The translations under genes were made by a program, and so were the position numbers. From Paramoeba atlantica (taxonomy: Eukaryota; Protista; Discosea), in assembly GCA_977017575.1 (NCBI GenBank), contig CDRNVI010000148.1, positions 283,041-347,040 of the forward strand: a DNA stretch of 64,000 nt, written 5' to 3'. The notes under the pieces are model-generated. The model did no database searches. It was not told the origin of the DNA and saw nothing but the letters and a program-made list of their open reading frames with translations. Below are positions 1 to 12,357 of the stretch, one piece after another (the stretch's first letter is position 1; each line of letters starts with the position of its first letter).

Positions 1-751
1 AATCCCAGAGGCTCGGATAAGAATATTTTTTGACATACAGATCACAACCATCGCCACCCACCGGATTTATTTTCGTCAGGACCCATTCAATGGCTTCAAC
101 TGTTGAAGTTTCCATGAAAGAATAATAATCCCAGTTTCGAGGTTCGACCAAGCTTTCATAAATTTGTCCAGTTAAAACTCGAGTTTCCTTGAGAGCACAA
201 TTTTCTCCATTATATCCAGAGTAGCAATGGCAAGCCCCTTGGACGCACATCCCATTATATGAACAATCATCTGGACAAGCACCAAGAATCTCGACTGAAA
301 TCGCATAAGAGCAACCAAGATACCCATAAACGCCAGCATAGTAAGTCCCAGGCCTCACATCCACAATTATAAGATGAAGGTTTTGAAGAGTTGATATATT
401 TTGGGAGAGAAAGTTCGTACTCTCAGGGAGAGCTCCTTGTTCAACGTAAAGGTCGCAATCTTGTGTTTTGTCGTTCGTTGTTTGGTTCAACCACCAACTC
501 ATACTCACCCCAGAATGATGTAATTGGATCTGATAATATTTCCACTCAGTTTGCCGAACAGAGTTGGAGGCAGGAACACCTTCAATCAAAGGTTCGTCGT
601 ATACACTGCAATCATCTCCTTCGTAGTTGGCATGACAATCACAGACAGACCCTTTGCAAGTCCCATGGTTGTCGCAATTGAGTGGGCAATGACTCGATTT
701 CACAATCCTTCCAAATGAATAAAGAGAGAGAAACAACAAAGCAAGTTGCAT
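1..751 (-). CDS. Secreted EGF-like / PPC-type repeat protein (5' part; runs off the window start)
   Basis: Manual translation from ATG at 751: signal-like MQLALLFLSLYSFG, EGF CPLNCDNHGTCKGSVCDCHANYEGDDC, beta domain with WKYYQI..DCDLYV..P..PGTYYAGVYG, second EGF CPDDCSYNGMCVQGACHCYSGYNGENC, and a further WDYY..CDLYV domain. No stop before position 1. Confidence 0.8.
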   Translation of the reverse strand, partial: MQLALLFLSLYSFGRIVKSSHCPLNCDNHGTCKGSVCDCHANYEGDDCSVYDEPLIEGVPASNSVRQTEWKYYQIQLHHSGVSMSWWLNQTTNDKTQDCDLYVEQGALPESTNFLSQNISTLQNLHLIIVDVRPGTYYAGVYGYLGCSYAISVEILGACPDDCSYNGMCVQGACHCYSGYNGENCALKETRVLTGQIYESLVEPRNWDYYSFMETSTVEAIEWVLTKINPVGGDGCDLYVKKYSYPSLWD

Positions 752-1319
752 TCTTCTGCAAGAAAGAAGCGACGGCTGCCAAAATCAAGGAAACTTATGA
801 GTTCATTGCAATCAAAAAACGCACGAACCAGAACCAAAAAAAGACAAACCAATTTTTTCAATTATTTGTTTTGCTTCTTCTTTCTTTCCACATATTATTG
901 AAAGTTTTGAGGAAGAAGAATAAAAACCAACAGAGTGAAGAGAGCCGAGCTGTTGTGCGTCCTGAAGTTTGGGTGTCCTCTTATTTTTCTCGTTGTGTTC
1001 CTCAAACAGATTTGCCACGCCACAACCTCACAAAAGTTGTTTCAAGGGAGTTCTCTTTCAGGGTCATTGTGCTACTCCTCTCTGGTTTTCAGAGTCAAAA
1101 AAAAAAGAGAAAAAACAAAAACAAGGGACAACAAAGAAACAAGAAAACCAAAAAGATGGAAAAACAAACCGAAAAGGAGAAAAACAAACTCTTTTTATAC
1201 TTATTTAGTATCGAAAGGTTTTATTTCCTCTCACAATTCTTGTTCCACAAAACGAATGAGTTGCCAAATTGTTCGAGAAATTCTGCAAGTTAAAGAGGTT
1301 TTTTCAGAAACAATCGAAT

Positions 1320-3280
1320 TCAAGGAAATGGACCAATTCCATAGAGACGAAGCATATCACTTTGCCTCAAGATCCTTGTCTTCTGTTGAGTGCTATCGGA
1401 AAAGTAAACCTCACCACCATCCAAATTCTGTTTTTGTAAAAATCTTTGAGCCATATTGAAAGAAGCCAATGGCATATAACCTGGTACAGTATGTCCAGCT
1501 CCTTTGACAGTTGCATAAGTATATTGTTCAAATTGTTCAACATAACCAACTGTCGCTCCATTCACAAACCAAGGGCCCCACTCTCTCCCAGAAATAGGGG
1601 TACCATCCAACTCCTGCAAACAAGTAGTTGTAAATTGACCAGGAACAGTCGCAACATCAACATCACCACTGTACACGAAAATATGAACATCTGGTCTTTG
1701 ACTGATCAATGTTTGATAGTAAGGGATCATTGATCCAGCATCCGGAATGTAAACGAGAATGTCACACTCTTGCCATTCCCCACTTCGAGCAACTGGGGCA
1801 TGCGCATGGAGAGCTGCTTGGACATCAGATCTGCTGAGGTAAGTTTGCAAAGCTTCGTCGCCAGTTGGTTCCTTTATCAAAAAAAGATTTTTTGTTTAGA
1901 GAAAGAAAAATAGAACAGAGAGAGAGAAAGAATGAAGAAAGGAGAAAGAATTACATTCTCTTCAAGAGAGGTGGCCCAATCCAAAGTACCATTTTCAGTG
2001 ATAAAATCTTGGTACAAATCATCACTATCAAGTGAAGGTTGAGTTCCATTGAAGCTAAAATCCCCAATTTCTTGCTAAATTTGTCCAACTTGATTTTCAG
2101 CTTCCTTGAAAAGATTGTTACATTGTTGGGAGGAAGTCTGGGCACAACCAATATTTTTGTTAACAAAATAAAGAAATAAAGAAATAAAATTGGACTTTCA
2201 ATCGATAGAAAGAAAAAAAAATGGACCAGCTTCATTCCAGTTATCGATGGCTGATTGAGAAATAAGTTGATGCCAATAGTAAATATTGATTTGAACATTC
2301 TTTGACTTCAAAGAAGCGCAATCAAAAAGAGGGTTGCCATTCATGGTTCCTTAATAAGAAATAAGAACAACAAAAAACAAAGAAATAATCAAAATCCAAA
2401 AAGCCTTGAATTCATAAAAGAAGAAAAATAAACCAGCAAATTGTTTGTAAATGTTCGAATCTAGGTGATTGATAATTTGGGTCGACAACATTGGAATATA
2501 AACTCCGCCATAACTTTCACCAGCCAACCAAGCTTCACGACCAATAAAACGAGGATTTGCTTCCAAAAATCCCTCGACAAAGTTGAAATTGTCAGCAGCA
2601 GATTGGAAATCACCTTTTTTCACAAAAAAATCGAATTTTCTTCAGAAAAGAAATCATGGAAAGAGATGACAAAAATGAAAGGGGAACCTGTATGGTAATT
2701 ATAGCCTTCCTCGCCACTGAAAGAGTAACCAACACCTGTTGGTTGTTCCAAAAAAACAATATTTGCAAAGGAATTCCAAGTCATGTCAGCCAAGTCAACA
2801 GTTCCATCAAGATTCACTCGAAAAGGACCATTCTCTTGAAAAAGACCACTCAAACCACTGCAACCTGTGAGAAAGAATTTTAATGAACCTTTGAAAAGTG
2901 TTTTTCTCAAAAAGAAAAGAACAAAGTAAAAGAGGGAAAACCTGGTCCTCCTTGGAACCAAAAGATGAGGGGATCGGAATCTGGGGTGGGTCCTTGACTT
3001 TCTGTCAACCAATAAAAATTGTTGCGTTGATGTGTGGTATTGACAACAACATACCCAGTCGAACTATTGAAGGGGAAGGGGTTTGGCCCAATGTAGTCTT
3101 AAAAAGAAAAAGTTTCAGTTTTTCTTGTCAGAAAGCGTGAAAAATTGAGAAAGATCGAAATGGAAAACCAGGTAAAGTATCAGCAGTGACAGAAAAAGGA
3201 CCACAAAAATCACAAGCACCACTGACAACTTCTCCCCACACCGCAAACACCACCACCAAGAGTGCAACAACCTTTGCCAT
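1320..3280 (-). CDS. Serine carboxypeptidase, peptidase family S10 (multi-exon, secreted)
   Basis: Signal peptide MAKVVALLVVVFAVWG; GCSGLSGLFQENGPF; WNSFANIVFLEQPTGVGYSFS; catalytic GESYGG; YSGDVD; TVKGAGHTVP. Confidence 0.93.
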
Positions 3281-3463
3281 CAGAGGAAGTGTTGCACAAA
3301 CAAAATTGGAAAAGACCAAAATAAAACACAACGGTTTTATTTGACCAAATAAGGAAAATATTGATTTGTTTCCCTTCGAAGTTTTCTTTGCGTTTTTTCG
3401 CTCGGTTTTGGGGGGGAGTTTGTGGATTGGTTTGGTGCTTCACTTTGGTTGACGAAGATTCTA

Positions 3464-3529
3464 AGAGGAAAAGAACCTTTGATGACGATGTTTGAAAGAT
3501 AAAAGCATTTTCAGGAGTTCCAAATCCAT
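3464..3529. repeat. 66-bp direct repeat, left copy (partner 5321-5385)
   Basis: agagga(a)aagaacctttgatgacga(t/g)gtttgaaagataaaagcattttcaggagttccaaatccat is present at both sites with only minor differences. Confidence 0.95.
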
Positions 3530-3654
3530 AGGCCCTTTTTTCACCAGTTTTTTATTATGGCAGACAAAAAAACTGGAAGAGGAAAACAAAAAGCAAAAAC
3601 AACGACAACATTGTGTAAAAACTTAAAGTTTTGTCTGTGTGGGAAAACTAGTTT

Positions 3655-5202
3655 ATGCAAATCGCAAGAAAGCGAGAAAATGTGAAAAGGCGCGAGAAGA
3701 ACGCGTCGCGGGCTGATGGCCCATCAAATGGGCCAAAAGATCGGAGGGCCGATAATTTCCGTTATTCACAATTGGCTCCTTCTGCAACACGGAATTTTCC
3801 TGCAACCTTCTACATCCGTGGAAAACTTTTCAACGAAAAAAAACCAGATGAAATTATTCTTTTTCTGGCAACCGAGGGATCTAATCCAAAACTTCTCCGT
3901 GCGAAGGCCACTGGAAAAACGATAGCGTTGCTCCGGGAAATGAAAGAATCTGATGCGATCAAAGTTCTTCAAGGAACATTCTGCAAAGATAATGTATTGA
4001 ATCTCCTCGAAGTTGCAAAAGAGAAAGTTTGATCAATTTTCCGTTCCAATCGGCGAGCCAAACAACTGGAATTCCCTCGAAACGCAAACGGTTTCTTTTG
4101 AATCGATTGATTTTTCGAAATACACGGATAAATCCCAGCATCATGGTCCCCTCAAAAACCCCTTGAAGTTACTCTTTCTTGGAGCGACCGATTCTCTTTC
4201 TTCCATTGAGAAACCTGATATCGTCTGGAAAAAGGCACGGTTTTTAGATGTCAAGAATCTTGATAGTGATGGAGATGGAATCAATCAAGAAATTCGAGTA
4301 ACTGTATTCAATCTCCAGTTGCTTCAAGGACTTACACCTGGGATGGTGTCGTATTTCGAACGCGTGACTCCGACTGTCTATCAAAAATATCATCAGTTGA
4401 AATTCACAAATCTGACAAAATGCCGTTCGATTGAATCGAAGGAGACAAACATCTGGAGTGGTCTTAAAGCTCTGACTTTGGATGATATTGTGAAGAATGA
4501 CTTTCCTGTCTCTGTTCGAGTTAATGTCATTGGAGTAATGATTCAGAAGATGATTGCCCAGACTCAGGTGACGATCGGGTCATACACAACCCAGAACGCG
4601 ACCCGATCGTGATAAAAAGAGGAGAAATGCAGTGCCTCATGATAGACACCAATCCATGCGGAGTTCTGTTGATAAACGTGAATTTTTATCCGTGGCAAGG
4701 GCTCCCCTCATTATGGTTTGATGAATTCTCCTTTGCTTCTTTTGATGATTCTCGAGCGGTTTTGATGGCTGACTGGTTCCATGAAAACCCAAATACCCCA
4801 TTCCATTTCAAAGTGAAGAAAGTTGTGGAAACTTTTGAAGAACTGCAGGGGTTGACAAGCGAGCATGTTGAGTTCAAGGCTCGTCTTATGAAAGTTACCT
4901 TACTCTCAAAGTCAATTACTTGTGAGGATGGATCATGTCAGAGTCAGGTTATTGGCACATTTGAGGATGAGTCGGCCAAAAATTCGTTTGATGCGATTAT
5001 TCCCAGCTTTGTACTCGATTTTCTCCCTGGTTTTAAAAGTTGCATCGAATCCGAGACCACCACCACAAATAGGGGGCTTAGCAGCCTTGATACAGAGAGT
5101 GGTAAATATATTTCCAACATCAAAGCCTTCCAAACCATAAAACTCTTCCCAAACACCATCCACGTGGAAGCAGAAATCCACAATTTGGAATTCTCATACT
5201 AA
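3655..5202 (+). pseudogene. Divergent RPA70-like multi-OB-fold protein split over three overlapping frames (3655-4032, 4013-4612, 4609-5202); intronless; C-terminal ~50 aa derived from a duplicated fragment
   Basis: Segments recall RPA70 domains: N-terminal OB ending NVLNLLEV; IRVTVF..LTPGMVSYFERV..YHQLKFTNLT (DBD-A-like); LTLDDIVKND..VNVIGV (DBD-B start); C-EDGS-C..VIGTFEDES..FVLDFL (DBD-C-like). Motif recognition by eye only. Confidence 0.55.
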
Positions 5203-5252
5203 CAAATCGAAAATTTAATTATTGAATAAAAATAATTAAAAATAAAAGAATA
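5048..5252. repeat. ~205-bp segment near-identical to 13115-13318 (same orientation)
   Basis: aatccgagaccaccaccac...aaaataa(t)aagaata is shared; differences are a 2-nt indel (cacgtGGaag vs cacgtaag) and a 1-nt indel near the end. Confidence 0.97.
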
Positions 5253-5320
5253 CACGGAGTACAAAAAAAAGGAGCCATCAAACAAGAACATCCAAGGGTC
5301 ATACAATAAGTACAAGTAAG

Positions 5321-5385
5321 AGAGGAAAGAACCTTTGATGACGAGGTTTGAAAGATAAAAGCATTTTCAGGAGTTCCAAATCCAT
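5321..5385. repeat. 66-bp direct repeat, right copy (partner 3464-3529)
   Basis: Direct alignment with 3464-3529. Confidence 0.95.
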
Positions 5386-5706
5386 TCTTGTCGAAAGGAA
5401 AATTTGCTTGAGAAAAAAGCAAAAAAAAGGAGAGATGAGAAGAGAAGAGAAGGGGAAAGAGAAGGGGAGGAGGGAGAGATAGAGGGAAAGAGAGAAAGGT
5501 GGGAGGTAGAAAAAGAAAAGGGAGAGAGAACAAACTTTTCTTTTGTTTGGGGCAACTTTGGGGCAAAAAACCGTTCGGAGGTGCAAATGAAGAATAGAGT
5601 AATATCTGTTGTAAACGAAAACAAAGAGGTGCAAACGTTGTAGGTGGACACGAACCAACCAAGATGTTGTATTGTTTGTGTTTGTGTGGCTGTATTGTTC
5701 ACGGAT

Positions 5707-8700
5707 TCATTTGTTTTCCCCTTCATTTTTTGTTGAGTGAACGGAGTATTGCTCTGTCGTATACTGGGAAGTTTCACCCAACCCCGATTGGAAAAATGCT
5801 GAGTAGTTGAATTGGAGTTGTAAGAAGAAGAGAAGGAAGACTTCAGTGACCATCAAAGTAATAAACATATAAACCGAAGATACAAATTCAATTGCCAAAA
5901 TAAGAATAAATAGAAGACATCGAATGAAGAAAGAAAGAACAATTACACCCCCAATCACCATCACAAACCGTTTTGGTCGGCTCACTCTCTTTGACAATTT
6001 GATTAAAGTGTACGAATAAAAACAAAAGATAGCTCCCAAAACAAACGTCACAGAAATGATCAACGATTGATAAATAATGGACAATGTTCGTGTGCTTTCT
6101 TCTTGTTTGTCATAAGAAGGCGCAACTCGTCCAGGGCAAGGTGATTCTCCTTCTTCTTCTTTCAAGATCACTTCAGAGTAAACAATCGTCACAATTACCC
6201 AAAGAGACCACACAAAGATTAATCCCCAAATGACTACTCCTTCTAATTTGCCAGAATCACGCATAAATGTCTTTTGAGATGCAACCTTTTGCCAAAAAAA
6301 GATGGATGTAATCACCACACTGAATAACAAAAAAGTTGGAATCTCAAAAACAATAAACTCAGCAAGTTCATTTCCATCAAAAACCTCATTTGGATATCCA
6401 AACATGAAAACAACTCGAAACACACACAAAATAATCAACAAAAACGAGATGATTCCCAACATTTGTGAACTGTTACGATGTTGAAGGAAGTAAACGAAAT
6501 AGATCAACAACAGAGCAAAACAAATACAATAACAAACTCCCAATGTGTACATCAAAGCACGTGTCTCTCGAGAAGTATACCCTTCTTCCCTCTCTTCATA
6601 ATCTTCAAATCGGGAAATTGGATACAAACGAATTGTATTTTCAATCACTTCAGGAACATCTTCAACAACAATCGTACCACACCAAAACTGAGAACCAAAA
6701 ACAAAAGATGTGTTAAGATCTGATATCCCAAGAGGATAAATTGTTCCCACAGCTTTCTTTGAGTATCCAATATCTGGTACTGGGTATTTTAAAATCTCTG
6801 TTGTTAAATGTTTTTTGTCACTCACCAAAAGACAAACCAAAAAAGATTTCACATTCACCAAATTTCGAAAGGAAATAACACTCCCATCTCCACGAAGAAC
6901 ACCAACTGTTGCAGATTTTTGATTCAACACAATCCCAAGTTGAAGTTTCTTTTCAAATTCAAATGAAATACTTGGGCGAGGTGGAGGAACAACAAACCAA
7001 GCTTCAGAGACAATTGATAAATTCAATAAAGTACATCCTTCACTAATACTATCCAATGCAAAAGAAACTCTTGAAGATGGTCCTTTCACAAAAGATGTTT
7101 CACCCACACAAACACGTTTCACTCCAACTAATTCTTCCACCTCCTGATTTCCAACTTTTTGATTGTAACATTGGGGGGGATTGTCGTTATCTCCATCATC
7201 CCCCTCAACAACTGTCTCATTTGAATTGGAGAAACAATCACAGACTAACGAATTCAATGAAGAGGAAACATAATTATTTTCGCAAATCACTTCAGATTTC
7301 ACCGCAAAAGAAAATCGTTGTTCTTCTGTTGCTTCCAACCATTTTTGCAAAAGTTCAAAAGAGAGAGAAGGAGTCCATTGATATTTAACAACAGGTTGAA
7401 TTTCTCTCCAATGAAGTGTTCGTGAAACACCATGACTCCAAACACCTTGAAACCATTCCCATGGATACTCATTGATTCCACCACGACAATCACAATCTTC
7501 ATCATCAAGCCAAAGTAATTGATGTTGAATTAATGGTAGTTGACATCCATATCGACCATGATTTTTGTTTCTGCATTCTGTTTCGCTCATTGCTGGAGTT
7601 AACCACGTTCGCCACGTTCCTGTGACTGGATCTGAAATACAACTCTCAGGAGATTGAACATAAGCCTCTCGACATCCACTCACAAGGCGATCTGTTGCAT
7701 CTGGACAAAAAGTATATCTGAGTGTTGATACATAAATTCCAGATGTGAAACAAGCTCCAAACTGAACATCAATTTGATGGTCAGCATCAGATCGAATAAT
7801 TGTTGTTGAAGGTCGGTCAGTACAGTACCCAGAGTTTTCACACTCTTCTTGTGATTCACATTGATGCCATAAATCCACAAAACACTTCAAATATCGTTGG
7901 AATGTGGTTTTCCCATTACATGATGTTGTTTCCACAGATTCACATGTTTCCCAATTTGTGGAAGCATCAATCAATAAAGACAACTGCAAATTTTGTGGAG
8001 TGTTTTGTTTTAGAATATGTGGAAAACACACAAAAAGAGAGGAAAAGAGAAAAAAAAAGAGAGAGGAAAAGAATGGGCAATAAAAAGAGAAAAAGAACCT
8101 CAATACAACTCTCCAAAGTATTAGCATTTACAACACAAATCGAATCTTCATACCAAACAGCTCCAACATCAGAAATCCTGTTGAAACCTTCACAAAGACT
8201 TCCAGAATCAACAGTCACCAAACAAACACCACGAAGTCCATCCAAAGACCGACAACTTTCTCCAGGACAATCAGTTGAGCAATGCCCAGTTTGTGCATAG
8301 CAATTTTCTGCAGATAATCCAAAAATAATATCGTCATCTCCCAACTCACAAGCAACTGTATTCTCACAAAAATCTTGATCACCAGGAACATAGATACATT
8401 CTTCATCTTCTCCTCCAGGACAATAAACACAATAATTCCCTTCTTTACATTTATCATCAGCATCATTACCACCACTCTCACTCTCAGGAAGTCCAGTCAC
8501 TGGACAAACAATTGAAGATGAGGAACACTCAACTTCAGATGATGCATGAAACACATAAAGAGGAAGACATCGCGTGTAACATTGTGCTCCACTCTGTTTA
8601 CAAGAAGTTCCAAGACAATAACCAGGAGGACAAATCTCATTCACACTTTCAATATCATCAACAGGAAGACCAAGAACCTCTGCTTTGCAAGTTAAAGATT

Positions 8701-11700
8701 CTGAAGTAGTCCAAACATAACGAGATCGTAAAAAGATATCTAATGGTTCATTGGTTGCAACACAATCATCCACCAAAGCAGCAGATTTTAATCCAAGAAA
8801 GAATATTTCAGAATCACGAGACGCAAAGGAAGCTTCTTCAGGTAGAATATTCCATCGTAAATAGTCTTCCAGTGAAGGACTCATTTTCGAGATGTAACAT
8901 CGAAGGAATCCATCTTCAACCTCTGATGTTGTTCCTAACACACATTTTTTGGTTTGGTGATTGCACTTTCCAGACCATTGTTCGCATTGAAAATCAGCCA
9001 CACAATCAATTCCCTTGAAATTGTCTGTTTGTTATGTTGTTTAGAGAAAAAGAAAAGATAAAAAAAAGGAGGGAGGGGAGGGGGAGAGGGGGAGAGGGGG
9101 TGGTGAGAAGACTCTATCAATTTTCTTTTTTTCGAATTCACAAAAACAAAAACAAAATATTGGAGAAAGAAAAGGAGAAAGAAAAGGAGAAAGAAAAGGA
9201 GAAAGAAAAATAGAACCTCGAAGGCCTGCTTGATTCAGACAATCACGCACAACACGATTCAGTTCTTTATCAAGAACATGTCCCAACTCATTTTGAAAAT
9301 TCTGTGATAAAAAAATAAAGTGTCAATCTCTCTCAACAATAAAAAGCACTGAATAAAAATCTCAAAAAGAAGAAAAGGAAAGACCTTAATACCAGAGGAA
9401 CACCCTTGAACAAGATCTTTCACATGATTCAAAGAATGTGCCAAATCTTCAAAATAGGTATTGGCACATTCAGATACCCCACAAGTTGAAGAATTTGCTG
9501 TTGTAAACTGTTCTTGATTTTGTGCGATTGTGAAAGGAATACAACAATCAATTGCCTCCGCTGTAACAGCACAACAAGGACTCTTCTCATACTCTTCTGT
9601 TCCAAGTTCATATTGACAGAAACTTTGATCAACTAAAGTTACATTCTCAACTTGGGTATTCATCGCTTCAATTGCAGCTTCTTTACAAGAAGAACTCGCA
9701 ATCCCAGCACCTAATATGTCTACCACATACTTTGTTTTTTTTGGGGGGGGAGGGAGGGAGAAGGAGGGAGGGTGGAGGGAGGGAGGGTGGGGGTGTGGGG
9801 GGAGAGGAAAGAGAGAAGATTGAAAGATCAGTAAAAGAAATTAACAAAAAAACAATAAAACAAAAATACAAAAAAACAAAAACAAAAAAACAAAAACAAA
9901 AAAACAAAAACAAAGAAACAACAAACTTTGTAAAATTGAATTGTCTCTAATGAATCTGAGTCGAGGACTTCAGATAGCTCATCATTCACAATAATTTGGA
10001 GTCTCTCATACCTTGTTTGATCACACAATTCCGAAAGATTGATTTGAGTGAATGAAGATAGAGGGATTGTTGCCAAGTATTGACTGGGAGAAGCTGGAGT
10101 CTTCTCATTGAGATCAAATGCATTATTAGGAAGCTCTGGAACCTCCCCAAGCTCATTGGTGATCGAGAGAAGTGCAAGAGAAACTTGTTCTAATTGATTA
10201 CGAGGAAAGACCACAGAAGAATCAATTGCGAGAAGAATCACTGCAGTCAATGTGTTTTTGAGAGGTTGAGCGCCAATCGCATTGTAATATTGTTCATACA
10301 CATTAATCCCTTCAGTACCAAACTTGGGTAACTGTGGAGAAGGAGGCCAGAAGATTAAAGGATCAGAAGTTGAAGGTACCATCCAAGCTCGACAAACAGC
10401 TGGGAAGAAATCTCCACAATTCATCCCTGGAATTCCAAAGAGAGCAGGAGACATTGCAGACAAAGCTTCTTGGTAACTAAAACTCGCTGAAGGAGTGTTT
10501 GCACTTGGAGGAGCTAATGGAATTAAAAGAGGAATCGAAACTGTTGAAAAAATAACATGTGTTCGTGCTGGATTCCAGAAAGTTATCCCACATCGAACAT
10601 ATGAAACAACATCAGAACACATTGAGAATGAAACTCGATTCTCTCCTCGACTATATCGCGAGATTAGAGAATTACTCAAGAATGTGATCTGATTGGTATC
10701 TTTGGGCATGCAATGAATGTCTACAAAGGGACCTTTCTCTTCTAAAGTCCCAGAAAACGAAACTTGGTGGCATCCTGCAAGTACAAAAAGAGATCTATCA
10801 ATATAATGCAAAAGATTTTGAGAAAGAAAGAAATCAGGTAATTAAATTACCTGGTGGAATTGGTAAAACAAATCCAGCAACTGAAGAAAAAGATCTGCCA
10901 AAATCTAATGTGAGGGTTTCTGTATCTTGGAGACAAAAAGTTGGTTGATTAGTTCCTGCTTGCGCTCCAATTATCTCACTTTCAGGAACATCTTTACAAA
11001 GAATTCTTCCAGGAGGAGGAATCAATGGATATTCTTGAGGAGAAACTTCGATTTTGACATCAAAAGACGAACTAAAAAAAGAATAAACTGCAAGAGAATA
11101 CGTTCCTAATTGATAGTCAATGTGAGCATTTGGACAAACAACTAGGAGGTTATTTAATGCCCACCCAAGCCCCAGTGGAATGTCACCTCTTCTCCATTGT
11201 GTCTTTTCTGCAGTTGGAACAGCGTACAAATTCGAGAGATAGACCAGAGGCACGCCATAGAGTGGACGTAGAGAAAGTTTAAATGGTTTGCAAGCGTATT
11301 CTTCTGAAACAAAAAACCGGAAGTAAACAGTTTCATCAGGTTCAAGAGTGAAGACTTTTGATCGTTCGTTAAGATTTAAAGTGTGATAAGGAGGAATAGA
11401 ATCAGGTTCACACCATTCATTGACTTGATCCCAAGAATCATGATCACCTTTTTGAGCTGGACCACAGCACTGAACATCTTCACAATCTGTTGGCTTTGGA
11501 AGGTGGGGTGGGGGTGGGGATGGGGATGGGGGTGGGGGTTTAATGTCAGTTATGTATTCTCACAAGACGAAAAACAAAAAGTAAAGAACAGAAAAAACCT
11601 GTTGTGATGACCAATCACAAGGGACACAATTTGTTTCTGGACAATCCTTCTCAGATAACCCACAAATAAAAGATTCTCCTCTCAGATAAAGCTCTTGATC

Positions 11701-11871
11701 AAATTCCATTTGAACCACAGCTGCTTCATACTCGATATTTAAAACAGTTTGATTGATAAACCAAAGTTTTTCATCAACAAGACGAGGGCGAATTGCAAAG
11801 ACTTCAACAAACACAAAACCCAAAAATAACACCCAACCAAACGATTTTACAACAGCACCCATTCCCTTCAC
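5707..11871 (-). CDS. Very large multi-exon membrane protein: signal peptide, long Cys-rich ectodomain, C-terminal 7TM module of THH1/TOM1/GPR137 type
   Basis: ORFs 11560-11871 (signal), 10834-11253, 9828-10811, 9259-9726, 7967-9001 and 5707-8127 are joined by CT-rich introns. The C-terminus has about seven hydrophobic helices, including LCVFRVVFMF and FEIPTFLLFSVVITSIFFW typical of this family. Confidence 0.78.
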
Positions 11872-12357
11872 CGCTTCGCACCAAACAAACCCTCACACTT
11901 CCTCCGAAAAACTATCAGGTTTTCAACTGTCGAAAAAATCCTGAACGAGGAAGGAAGTTGTCCTTCGCACCAGCCCACCACAGAGGGGAGGAAGTGTTCA
12001 CGAGAACAGAGGCGGTTTTGAGAAATGGTTTTACAACAACAGGTTGAGCGGTAAACGGAAAAACAGAAAGGGGCAAAATAACCTTTTGGTTTTCCAAACT
12101 TTACCAAATAAGGAATTTCAAGTGTTGTTCAAAGATAATCCAAACAAAAAGCTTGAAAACCCGCGAGTGGTTTTCTCAAGCTTCTTTCCTCCAAAGAGGC
12201 ATCAAGGCATCAAGAAAAAGAACTTTTGTTCAGCAAAACAACTGATGGAGAAAGAAGAGAAAGCAACAAACTTAAAAATCTTGTTGGTGCTGGTGGGTCA
12301 TTGGTGGGGAATGAACGGGAAATTTTCGAAATTTTATTTTAAATTTAAAAATGTTTG

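Noticed and set aside
4933-5181. KPPICGGGLG resembling the LPxxxGGLG motif of non-LTR reverse transcriptases
   Set aside because: No other RT motifs nearby; explained as a copy of the 13-kb exon.
3530-5320. Helitron or TIR termini for the RPA-like block (ggcccttttt vs the reverse complement of aaaaaaaaggagcc)
   Set aside because: The match is short, imperfect and poly-T driven; no 3' hairpin + CTRR was found.
5219-5662. Possible small spliced Cys-rich membrane protein (TCTYCMTLGCSC..)
   Set aside because: No ATG start or consistent exon frame. The ORF is largely a CT-rich tract and overlaps the duplicated segments.
9740-11540. G-tract, G-quadruplex-like runs (about 9070-9100, 9745-9805, 11503-11540)
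   Set aside because: Reverse complements of C-rich intron tracts typical of this genome; nothing specific.
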